DNA of 32,000 nt. Source: Microcystis aeruginosa NIES-843. GTDB lineage: Bacteria > Cyanobacteriota > Cyanobacteriia > Cyanobacteriales > Microcystaceae. Within the stretch, counting starts at the first letter, position 1; each line of letters starts with the position of its first letter. The notes under the pieces were generated by a model. That model worked only from the letters and a program-made list of their open reading frames with translations, had not been told where the DNA came from and ran no database searches. Location of the stretch: positions 2,310,001 to 2,342,000 of the forward strand of contig NC_010296.1 of NCBI RefSeq assembly GCF_000010625.1, given 5' to 3'. Positions 7,494 through 15,955 of the stretch are shown here, one piece after another. Made by a program: the position numbers and the translations under genes.

Positions 7494-8390
7494 ATGAAAC
7501 CCCATGACCAATTTGCCAAAAATTACCTTGAACAATTACTTTCTCCCCTGGGAACCGTCGAAATCAGCAAAGAAGTCAGCGACGAAACTCGACAGATAGA
7601 TTTATTTTTTTCCCCCAATCCCGAACCCAACCCCAATTATCTGGGATTATTCGGCAGAATTGTCCTTAATACTGTCTTAATTGAACCCTATCGCAATCCT
7701 CCCAACCGTAGCGAGATTCGTAATTGTTTAGCGAAACTTTTGACAATTTTAGCCGAACTGCAAAGACAAGCTAAACGGGAAAATCAGAGCTACAATGAAG
7801 ACAATGCCCCTCGTTTGTGGATTTTATCCCCTTCGGCTAGTCTGACTCTTTTAGAGAGTCTTGGGGCAAAATTAGACCCAGATTGGCCAGAAGGCGTCTA
7901 TTTTCTTCCCTCGCTTTATCGCACTGCAATTATCGCTATTAATCAATTGCCTGTGACTGCTGAGACTCTCTGGTTAAGATTATTGGGAAGGGGAAAAACG
8001 CAAAACCAAGCGGTGCGAGAATTGTTAGAATTACCTCAAGGTAATGCTTTCCGGGAAAATGTGCTGGAATTATTGATTAGTTGGCGGGTTAGTATGGAAA
8101 TAAATAACATCCTAGAAACTGAGGATAGAGAGGTGTTTATGACTTTATCTCAAACCTATCAGGAATGGAAGGAAGCAACTAAACGGGAAGGACGACAGGA
8201 AGGACTAGAGCGAGGACTCGAACAAGGACTAGAGCGAGGACTAGAGCGAGGACTCGAACAAGGAAAACTAGAGGCTAAACTGGAATCTATTCCCCGTTTG
8301 CTTGCTTTGGGTTTAAGTGTGGAACAAATCGCTCAAGCTTTGGATTTAGACTTAGAACAGGTCCGACGAGCTATTCAAGAAACCCCATGA
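7494..8390 (+). CDS. Array paralog copy 4 (298 aa, longest linker)
   Basis: Full-length ORF with its own upstream non-coding region. The linker is GRQE-GLERGLEQGLERGLERGLEQ-GKLEAKLE. Its TGA overlaps the ATG of copy 5 (8387-8390). Confidence 0.9.
   Translation: MKPHDQFAKNYLEQLLSPLGTVEISKEVSDETRQIDLFFSPNPEPNPNYLGLFGRIVLNTVLIEPYRNPPNRSEIRNCLAKLLTILAELQRQAKRENQSYNEDNAPRLWILSPSASLTLLESLGAKLDPDWPEGVYFLPSLYRTAIIAINQLPVTAETLWLRLLGRGKTQNQAVRELLELPQGNAFRENVLELLISWRVSMEINNILETEDREVFMTLSQTYQEWKEATKREGRQEGLERGLEQGLERGLERGLEQGKLEAKLESIPRLLALGLSVEQIAQALDLDLEQVRRAIQETP
8202..8285 (+). repeat. In-frame 12-nt tandem repeat, copy 4 (GLER GLEQ GLER GLER GLEQ GKLE AKLE)
   Basis: Read directly; seven 12-nt units, starting at codon 237 of the gene. 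Confidence 0.9.
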
Positions 8391-9241
8391 AACCCCATGA
8401 CCAATTTGCCAAAAATTACCTTGAACAATTACTTTCTCCCTTGGGAACCGTCGAAATCAGCAAAGAAGTCAGCGATGAAACCCGACAGATAGATGTATTT
8501 TTTTCCCCCAATCCCGAACCCAACCCCGATTATCTGGGATTATTAGGCAGAATTGTCCTTAATACTGTCTTAATTGAACCCTATCGCAATCCTCCCAACC
8601 GTAGCGAGATTCGTAATTGTTTAGCGAAACTTTTGGCGATTTTAGCCGAACTGCAAAGACAAGCTAAACGGGAAAATCAGAGCTACAATGAAAAGAATGC
8701 CCCTCGTTTGTGGATTTTATCCCCTTCCGCTGGTATCACTGTTTTAGAAGGATTTGGGGCAAAATTAGACCCAGAGTGGCCAGAAGGAGTCTATTTTCTT
8801 CCCTTGCTTTATCGCACGGCAATTATCGCTATTAATCAATTGCCTGTGACTGCTGAGACTCTTTGGTTAAGATTATTGGGACGGGGAAAAACGCAAAACC
8901 AAGCGGTGCGAGAATTGTTAGAATTACCTCAAGGTAATGCTTTCCGGGAAAATGTGCTGGAATTATTGATTAGTTGGCGGGTTAGTATGGAAATAAATAA
9001 CATCCTAGAAACTGAGGATAGAGAGGTGTTTATGACTTTATCTCAAACCTATCAGGAATGGAAGGAAGCAACTAAACGGGAAGGACGACAGGAAGGAAAA
9101 CTGGAAGGAAAACTAGAAGGAAAACTAGAAGGAAAACTGGAATCTATTCCCCGTTTGCTGGCTTTGGGTTTAAGTGTGGAACAAATCGCTCAAGCTTTGG
9201 ATTTAGACTTAGAGCAGGTCCGACAAGCGGCGCGAGAGTAA
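8387..9241 (+). CDS. Array paralog copy 5 (284 aa, GKLE-type linker, last copy)
   Basis: Full-length ORF. The linker is GRQE-(GKLE)x4. It is the most diverged of the close copies (IDVFF, NPDYL, SAGITVLEGFG, LPLLYRT) and ends RQAARE-TAA. Confidence 0.9.
   Translation: MKPHDQFAKNYLEQLLSPLGTVEISKEVSDETRQIDVFFSPNPEPNPDYLGLLGRIVLNTVLIEPYRNPPNRSEIRNCLAKLLAILAELQRQAKRENQSYNEKNAPRLWILSPSAGITVLEGFGAKLDPEWPEGVYFLPLLYRTAIIAINQLPVTAETLWLRLLGRGKTQNQAVRELLELPQGNAFRENVLELLISWRVSMEINNILETEDREVFMTLSQTYQEWKEATKREGRQEGKLEGKLEGKLEGKLESIPRLLALGLSVEQIAQALDLDLEQVRQAARE
9095..9142 (+). repeat. In-frame 12-nt tandem repeat, copy 5 ((GGAAAACTRGAA)x4 = GKLE x4)
   Basis: Read directly; starts at codon 237, the same position as in copy 4. 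Confidence 0.9.
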
Positions 9242-9312
9242 AGGTGGAGAGTTAAAACGCAAAAATGCCACAATGGATAAAATAGGCATTTTCTGACTAA
9301 CTGACATCTTCT

Positions 9313-11937
9313 ATGAGTAACCACCTAAGCGGAAGCGAGATTCGCCAGCGATTTTTAGACTTTTTTGCGGCCAGAAACCATAAAATTCTCCCTAGTGCCT
9401 CCCTAGTCCCAGAAGACCCCACCGTTTTGCTGACTATTGCGGGAATGCTCCCTTTTAAACCGATTTTCTTAGGGCAAAAGACCCCAGAATTTCCCCGCGC
9501 TACCACTTCTCAAAAATGTATTCGCACCAACGATATCGAAAATGTCGGCCGGACTGCTAGACATCATACTTTTTTTGAGATGTTGGGCAATTTTAGCTTT
9601 GGTGATTATTTTAAAGAACAAGCGATCGCCTGGGCCTGGGAATTGTCCACAGAAGTTTTTAACCTTCCCCCCGAAAGATTAGTCGTTAGTGTCTTTAAAG
9701 AGGATGAGGAAGCTTTCGCTATCTGGCGCGATAAAATCGGTATTCCTGCCCATCGTATCCAAAAAATGGGCGAAGAGGATAACTTTTGGGTATCGGGTCC
9801 CACGGGTCCCTGTGGTCCCTGTTCGGAAATTTACTACGATTTTCACCCCGAATTAGGGGATAAAACCATCGATTTAGAGGATGATAGCCGTTTTATCGAG
9901 TTTTATAACCTCGTCTTCATGCAGTATAACCGCGACGCGGACGGCAATCTGACACCCCTAGCGAATAAAAATATCGATACGGGGATGGGTTTGGAACGGA
10001 TGGCGCAAATCCTGCAAAAAGTCGCCAATAACTACGAAACTGACCTAATTTTCCCGATTGTCGCCGAAGCGGCCCGGTTAGCAGCGATAGACTACCAGAA
10101 AGCGGACGAAAAAACGAAAGTTTCCCTAAAAGTCATCGGCGATCATGTGCGTTCGGTAGTACACATGATAGCGGATGGTATCTCAGCATCGAATACTGAC
10201 AGAGGTTACGTCCTGCGTCGTCTGATTCGGAGAGTAGTACGGCACGGGCGTTTAATCGGTATTGAAGGTCAATTTATCACCAAAGTGGCGGAAGTTGCGA
10301 TCGCTCTTTCCGAGTCCGTCTATGGCAATGTTCGGGAACGAGAAACGGTGATCAAGGCAGAATTAGAGCGAGAGGAAGCGAGATTTTTAGAAACCCTAGA
10401 AAGAGGCGAGAAACTGCTCGAATCGATTCTAGAAAAAGAAAAAAGCCAGATTTCGGGAGTCGATGCTTTTACCCTTTATGATACCTATGGCTTCCCCCTG
10501 GAACTCACTCAAGAAATCGCCGAGGAGCAGGGTTTAAGCGTCGATACGGCGGGCTTTGAGCAGGAAATGAAAAAACAGCAGCAAAGATCAAAAGCCGCCC
10601 ACGAAACCATAGATTTGACGGTACAGGGCAGTTTAGATAAGCTGGCAGAACATATTCACCCGACGGAATTTCTCGGTTATACGGATTTGCAAGCAACCGC
10701 AACAGTAACGGCGGTTTTAGTCGCCGGTAAAACGGTGGAATCGGCCGCAGCAGGCACTGAGGTGCAGGTAGTTCTCGATCGAACCCCTTTTTATGCCGAA
10801 TCGGGTGGACAAATCGGTGATAAGGGTTATTTAACCGGCGATAATCTGCTTATCCGCATTGAGGATGTGCAGAAAGAATCGGGGATTTTTATCCATTTTG
10901 GTCGGATTGAGCGGGGAATTGTCACCACCGGCGATACAATTAATGCTCAGATCGATCGCTCCTGTCGTCGTCGCGCTCAAGCTAATCATACCGCCACCCA
11001 TCTGCTACAATCGGCCCTGAAAAAGCTTGTCGATGGGGGGATTTCCCAAGCAGGTTCCCTCGTCAGTTTCGATCGCCTCCGTTTTGATTTTAACTGTCCT
11101 CGTCCCCTGACTAGCTCTGAATTGCAACAGGTGGAAGAACAGATTAACACTTGGATTGCCGAAGCGCATGACACCCAGATAGCGGTGATGGGATTGGAAG
11201 AAGCGAAGCAGAAGGGAGCTATTGCCATGTTTGGCGAGAAATACGGCTCAGAAGTGCGAGTTATCGATATTCCTAGCGTTTCTATGGAATTATGCGGGGG
11301 AACTCACGTTAAAAATACCGCCGAGATCGGTTTATTTAAAATCATCTCCGAGACGGGAATCGCCGCGGGAATTCGTCGCATCGAAGCGGTGGCTGGCCCT
11401 GCCGTGTTAGCATACCTGAATGAACGGGATCAGGTGGTGCGGGCTCTGTGCGATCGCTTTAAGGTCAAACCTCTGGAAATTCCCGATCGCATTACGGCCC
11501 TACAATCGGAGTTAAAGGGGACACAAAAGCAGTTAGAAGCGGTTAAACAGGAGTTGGCCCTAAATAAATCGGATGCTTTGCTATCTCAAGCCGAATCTAT
11601 CGGCGAATTTAAGCTTTTAGTCGCTTCTTTGGGCGATATTGATGCTAATGCTTTGATGGCTGCAGCCGAAAGACTACAGCAAAAATTAGGGGAAGGGGCG
11701 GTGATTTTGGCCTCGACTCCCGCAGCTGATAAAGTGAGTTTAGTGGCCGCTTTTAGTCCCCGGGTGATTAAAGATAAGGGTTTACAAGCGGGTAAATTTA
11801 TCGGTGCGATCGCTAAAATCTGCGCTGGTGGTGGTGGTGGTCGTCCCAATTTAGCTCAAGCTGGGGGACGGGATGCTAGTAAGTTAAGCGAAGCTTTAGC
11901 TAAGGCCAAAAGTCAGTTAACTAGCAGTTTACAATAG
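9313..11937 (+). CDS. alaS: Alanine--tRNA ligase
   Basis: 874 aa. The N-terminus [45 protein letters not shown], the editing-domain HTATHLL and CGGTH motifs, and the C-terminal DHHA1-like [14 protein letters not shown] are typical of AlaRS. Confidence 0.97.
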   Translation: MSNHLSGSEIRQRFLDFFAARNHKILPSASLVPEDPTVLLTIAGMLPFKPIFLGQKTPEFPRATTSQKCIRTNDIENVGRTARHHTFFEMLGNFSFGDYFKEQAIAWAWELSTEVFNLPPERLVVSVFKEDEEAFAIWRDKIGIPAHRIQKMGEEDNFWVSGPTGPCGPCSEIYYDFHPELGDKTIDLEDDSRFIEFYNLVFMQYNRDADGNLTPLANKNIDTGMGLERMAQILQKVANNYETDLIFPIVAEAARLAAIDYQKADEKTKVSLKVIGDHVRSVVHMIADGISASNTDRGYVLRRLIRRVVRHGRLIGIEGQFITKVAEVAIALSESVYGNVRERETVIKAELEREEARFLETLERGEKLLESILEKEKSQISGVDAFTLYDTYGFPLELTQEIAEEQGLSVDTAGFEQEMKKQQQRSKAAHETIDLTVQGSLDKLAEHIHPTEFLGYTDLQATATVTAVLVAGKTVESAAAGTEVQVVLDRTPFYAESGGQIGDKGYLTGDNLLIRIEDVQKESGIFIHFGRIERGIVTTGDTINAQIDRSCRRRAQANHTATHLLQSALKKLVDGGISQAGSLVSFDRLRFDFNCPRPLTSSELQQVEEQINTWIAEAHDTQIAVMGLEEAKQKGAIAMFGEKYGSEVRVIDIPSVSMELCGGTHVKNTAEIGLFKIISETGIAAGIRRIEAVAGPAVLAYLNERDQVVRALCDRFKVKPLEIPDRITALQSELKGTQKQLEAVKQELALNKSDALLSQAESIGEFKLLVASLGDIDANALMAAAERLQQKLGEGAVILASTPAADKVSLVAAFSPRVIKDKGLQAGKFIGAIAKICAGGGGGRPNLAQAGGRDASKLSEALAKAKSQLTSSLQ

Positions 11938-11942
11938 TTGCT

Positions 11943-11972
11943 AAGGTGGGCATTTTGTCCACCTTTAAAAAT
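11943..11972 (+). terminator. Candidate intrinsic terminator after alaS
   Basis: Stem AAGGTGG (11943-11949) / CCACCTT (11959-11965) with a 9-nt loop, followed by a TTTAAAAATT tail. The T tract is weak. Confidence 0.4.
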
Positions 11973-12069
11973 TAGTTATTCTCTCGGTGTGATTGGTAAA
12001 AATAATATGGAACTACTGATCAAGAATTTGGGTCAATTAGAAATAATAATCAAACCATAGATTTAATGG

Positions 12070-12345
12070 TTATTGGTGCGCTTCCATATAGGCTCGGAGC
12101 AACTCATTGATCTGTGTTTGATAGCCTTTTCCCTGAGATTGAAACCACTCGAATACATCATTATCAATGGAGAGAGTAACTTGAGCTTTGTCCTTGGTTA
12201 CGGGGACACTTCGCCGCACTACGGATTTAGCAAACATTTCAGGTGTAATTTCTGGACAGTCTGACAAATCAATATCTTCATCGCTCATTGCGTCTAATCG
12301 TTGCCAATCAGTTTGAGAGTTGCTTAAAGTAGGTTCGTTGTTCAT
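12070..12345 (-). CDS. brnA: BrnA-family antitoxin
   Basis: MNNEPTLSNSQTDWQRLDAMSDEDIDLSDCPEITPEMF...VTLSIDNDVFEWFQSQGKGYQTQINELLRAYM matches the BrnA pattern, and the gene lies downstream of a BrnT gene. The start is taken as the ATG at 12345; the track ORF is longer. Confidence 0.8.
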   Translation of the reverse strand: MNNEPTLSNSQTDWQRLDAMSDEDIDLSDCPEITPEMFAKSVVRRSVPVTKDKAQVTLSIDNDVFEWFQSQGKGYQTQINELLRAYMEAHQ

Positions 12346-12583
12346 ATTTCGTTGCCTTTCTTGCAGAAATAATACGAGTGTAATCCTCACGTTCAGTATG
12401 GACAACGGCAATAATTCGCCCTTTTAGTAAACCCAATGTAACAAAACGCTGCTCTCCATAATCGAGACGATCATCTTCAACCGTTAAAATGTCCCCATCG
12501 AAAACGGCGGGAACATCGGCAAAATCTATACCGTGTTTACGAAGATTAGTAAGTCGTTTTGCTTCATCCCATCGGTATTCCAT
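12308..12583 (-). CDS. brnT: BrnT-family toxin (DUF497 ribonuclease)
   Basis: MEYRWDEAKRLTNLRKHGIDFADVPAVFDGD...RFVTLGLLKGRIIAVVHTEREDYTRIISARKATKYE is the typical BrnT signature. The start is taken as the ATG at 12583. Confidence 0.85.
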   Translation of the reverse strand: MEYRWDEAKRLTNLRKHGIDFADVPAVFDGDILTVEDDRLDYGEQRFVTLGLLKGRIIAVVHTEREDYTRIISARKATKYEQRTYFKQLSN

Positions 12584-12810
12584 AACTGAACGACTGTTAC
12601 AACTTTCAATTATATTCATTATAATCCTATGCGGTATGAGTTTTGTTTAAAACCGCAGGATTGGCCGTTTTTCAGTATCTATCGGTTTATTGCTGAAGTT
12701 TTTTATCCGTCTGATTGGGACGAGACAACAATTCTCGACAGTATTGGCAATAAAGAATGCAGGATATGTTAGCGTAATGTAACGCATCGCAATATTGATT
12801 AAGGTGTTTT

Positions 12811-12839
12811 GAAAAAGTAAAAGGTGCGTGGTACGCACC
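12811..12839 (-). terminator. Intrinsic terminator for the HXXEE-domain gene
   Basis: On the - strand, 18 nt after the stop, GGTGCGT-ACC-ACGCACC (12839-12823) is followed by TTTTACTTTTTC. Confidence 0.6.
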
Positions 12840-12856
12840 CTACACCAATGTTTTTA

Positions 12857-13297
12857 TTACTTGACTTCTTGTGTGACTTGCTTGGGAGTCGCTTGAAGTT
12901 GCTGAATAAAGAAAATACTCAAGACAAATAATATCGGACCTGATACCCCACCAGGGAAATAGGTGTGCAAAAACACCCAAGTACTAATATGAAAAGCTCC
13001 ATTCAAGATTTCAATCACCGCCCAACCCCACATCAGGACAAAACCTAATCTCTTACCTTGTTCAGTTACAGGAACTGACCCTAAAATCAAGGCAATCATG
13101 AGATAGTTAAATATTGCAAACATATCTGCACTGATTTCAACCAAAGGGAACCAGGGCAAAAGTTGATGCAACACTTCAATCATCAAATTGAGTTTAAGAT
13201 AAAGCTCAGTATAGGTCTCTTCCATGCTGTGAATGACCTGAGCCAACCCTAGAAGCCAGTAGCTTTGGGTGATTTTCGCCAGTTTATCTTTAAGCAT
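12857..13297 (-). CDS. HXXEE domain-containing membrane protein
   Basis: The motif VIHSMEETYTE (H-x-x-E-E) is followed by four hydrophobic segments. The start is taken as the ATG at 13297 (MLKDKLAK...), which removes the overlap with the upstream gene. Confidence 0.7.
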   Translation of the reverse strand: MLKDKLAKITQSYWLLGLAQVIHSMEETYTELYLKLNLMIEVLHQLLPWFPLVEISADMFAIFNYLMIALILGSVPVTEQGKRLGFVLMWGWAVIEILNGAFHISTWVFLHTYFPGGVSGPILFVLSIFFIQQLQATPKQVTQEVK

Positions 13298-13307
13298 GAA
13301 AACAGCC

Positions 13308-14156
13308 TCACCATAGCAAACCAAAGAAGTAAATCTGAACAATCATGCCAAGATTAAGAAAGATCACAGCGATAAAATGCCACCATTGGTTAAAGGTTGA
13401 TTCAGCGATAACTCCTTCAATCACTCCGCCTAACATTAGTAGAGCTGGAGCTACTCCTGCTAGAACAATAGGTAAGTTAGCTGTTGCAAGAGCAGTATCA
13501 AAAAGATGGAAGTAAGCAAAAAAGTTGACAACAGCGTTAACAATGAACACTATTGACATCGATACAGAAAGGGGAAATACAGGCTGCTCGTTGACGTAAA
13601 ATGTAGCTTTAGGATTTTGAGGACCAATGAATGCAATGATTGCACTGATAGCAGCGAAAGCCAAAGTGATTTTGTTAATGCCGAATACACCTAAAGAAAA
13701 GGCTAAAAGCCCTGCGCCCTGTAGGAAGAATAGGAGCTTGTATGCCACTTCCCGCAGCCACTCATTATTGCAGTCCTTAATCTTAAAGTCTGTATCGAGG
13801 GGATTCTGAAAAAATACAACTTGCCAACCTTCATATTCATGCATTGTTATCCCCATTAATCCCCCAAAAGTTTGCACTAGGGGACTAAGCAAGACCAAAA
13901 ATACTTGAATATCGCTACCTAGTAGCAAATGTAAATTGCTGGAATGTTGAAAGATAATAAAAGATAGAATAAAAGTAGGAACGAACGGAAGCCAGTGAAC
14001 AAACTCAACAAGATTCAGTATCCAAGCACGGGCATATTTGGCTAGGTCGTGCTCGACGAGATAGGTCTTTGGTTCGGGTTTTTGCCATTCCCATCCAGGT
14101 TCAGGATAGTACCCTAAGCTCGGATTGGAATTCTTGTCGTACTTCTCAGTTTCCAT
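13308..14156 (-). CDS. Multi-pass membrane protein, unknown function
   Basis: 282-aa ORF with at least 6 long hydrophobic segments. No family recognised. Confidence 0.65.
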   Translation of the reverse strand: METEKYDKNSNPSLGYYPEPGWEWQKPEPKTYLVEHDLAKYARAWILNLVEFVHWLPFVPTFILSFIIFQHSSNLHLLLGSDIQVFLVLLSPLVQTFGGLMGITMHEYEGWQVVFFQNPLDTDFKIKDCNNEWLREVAYKLLFFLQGAGLLAFSLGVFGINKITLAFAAISAIIAFIGPQNPKATFYVNEQPVFPLSVSMSIVFIVNAVVNFFAYFHLFDTALATANLPIVLAGVAPALLMLGGVIEGVIAESTFNQWWHFIAVIFLNLGMIVQIYFFGLLW

Positions 14157-14545
14157 GTGGTTGTTTCTCTATTTCGAGATAAAAAGGATAGTTTATTTTA
14201 TGTCTTATCTCAACACCCAACGCAACCGAAGTTTAGCAACTTAAGGAAAAAGTTAGTAAAATTCCCCCAATCCCTTATCCTGCCTAACTTCCAGTCCCTC
14301 ACCCCTCCCGCAAAAATCCTTAACTTGGGAAAAATTCCCAACTTTACCAACTTAAGCCCAAACTTTGTCAGAATATCCTGACAATTTATCCACTCTCCCA
14401 ACCCAAAACTTGGCGTTGCTGATTTGAGATATGAATCTTCTCTTGTGGGATTTTTAAAACCTAGACCCAAACCAACCCCTGGATACGATGCACAGTTGGC
14501 ATTCATACCTTGATTCAGCAACGTCTCTGTGGGCAAAAATTGCTA

Positions 14546-15862
14546 TTAACTACCCGGAGGGGGAATTACAGGAATTTCGATCCCGTCCGGCGCTAAGGGG
14601 GGAGGTGTGGGAGTTAGTCTTGGCTGGTAAACAGGTTCAGGTGTACTAACTAAGGGAATATTTTCCAGCACGGGAAGACGGGGAGTGATGGGTTGGGAAA
14701 ACATCGCTTGAATTGCCGCTTTTCTGGTTTCTGGAGGTTCCAAAGCTTGCTGCCAGAGACTTTCATAAAAGAAGAAAATCACCCCTAAACCCCGTTGACG
14801 AGCAGCCAATACCTTTTCTTCAATAAAGGGTAGGGCAATCGGTCGATTGCGTAAACCGGTTAAAACTCCCACACCGGTGGGGATAGTTTGCTGGGTTTCC
14901 TGAATTTCGGGACGCTCTATTTGCTTGAGAAAACTGGGCAGATCGGGACGATAAACCTGTACAATTAACTCGTCGACTAATCCTTGCCGCACCCAACCGA
15001 GCCAATCCTGTAAATGACCATTATAGGCGAATTCGTAGGGATTAGGGGCGATCGAAAGCAGTATATTCGGTTTAATTGCCTCAATTGATTCTTTGAGATT
15101 AGCCAGAAAAGCGGTGATTTTATCGGCCCGCCATTTTGTCCATTCGGGATCCCGGGGGTTAGCCGGGGGCGTTTTTTCGGTTTCCTGTTGATAAAGGGCG
15201 ATAGTATAGGGATCATAGCCGAATTCGTTGGGTAAACTCAGATGATCGTCGAATTGGATGCCGTTAATATCGTATTGTCCCACCACTTCCAAGACTAACT
15301 CCCGCAGAAAATTCTGCACCTCGGGACGGAAAGGATTCAACCACACCACCTCACCGGCTGCCCCTACCCAAGTGGTCCCTCCGTCGCGTTTTTGGGTTAA
15401 CCAGTCCTGATGTTTTAAGGCTAATTCGGAGGTGGGAGGAGCCATAAATCCGAATTCAAACCAAGGAATGACCAATAATCCCCTGCCACGGGTTTGTTCC
15501 ACCAATTCTGCCAAGATATCTTGTCCCTGCGCTCCCGTAGGCACAAAAGGCTGTATTCCTTCCCGTTGAGCGATCGCACTAGGATAGAGAGCATAACCGG
15601 AATTCCAAACCACGGGATAGATAGCATTAAAATTAAGATTAACTAATTGCTCGATCGCCTGTTGTCGTTTATCCCTATCCATCAGCATCGCAGTATCGTT
15701 GGTAGTGATCCAAACACCGCGGATATCGCCATCCCGACTTTGAGAGAAAGCAGCAGAAAAATAGCCTAATAGTAGGACTATTAGAAAAGATGCTAAGAAT
15801 AGTAGTATGGGTAGCTTTTTAAGAATTTGCCGCCAAATGCTGGTCGGAATTAGAAAAGTCAT
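14546..15862 (-). CDS. Glycoside hydrolase-like family 10 (GHL10/DUF187, YngK-type) protein with Pro-rich C-terminus
   Basis: N-terminal signal/anchor, then IRGVWITTNDTAMLMDRDKRQQAIEQLVNLNFNAIYPVVWNSGYALYPS and VIPWFEFGF, typical of GHL10. The C-terminal tail is PEPVYQPRLTPTPPPLAPDGIEIPVIPPPGS. Confidence 0.8.
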   Translation of the reverse strand: MTFLIPTSIWRQILKKLPILLFLASFLIVLLLGYFSAAFSQSRDGDIRGVWITTNDTAMLMDRDKRQQAIEQLVNLNFNAIYPVVWNSGYALYPSAIAQREGIQPFVPTGAQGQDILAELVEQTRGRGLLVIPWFEFGFMAPPTSELALKHQDWLTQKRDGGTTWVGAAGEVVWLNPFRPEVQNFLRELVLEVVGQYDINGIQFDDHLSLPNEFGYDPYTIALYQQETEKTPPANPRDPEWTKWRADKITAFLANLKESIEAIKPNILLSIAPNPYEFAYNGHLQDWLGWVRQGLVDELIVQVYRPDLPSFLKQIERPEIQETQQTIPTGVGVLTGLRNRPIALPFIEEKVLAARQRGLGVIFFFYESLWQQALEPPETRKAAIQAMFSQPITPRLPVLENIPLVSTPEPVYQPRLTPTPPPLAPDGIEIPVIPPPGS

Positions 15863-15955
15863 TTCGTTAAAGGTGAAGATTAACGCTTTTAACTGGTTAT
15901 GATAACAGCTTTGCTCAACTCTTTCAGGCTAGATTGACCCAAAATATATATTTGC

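Noticed and set aside
14157-14536. Two overlapping antisense ORFs (74 and 108 aa) in the gap upstream of the membrane-protein gene
   Set aside because: Their products are low-complexity (Pro/Asn/Leu-rich or Gly/Leu-rich), they are mutually exclusive, and the region reads better as a repeat-motif-containing non-coding gap.
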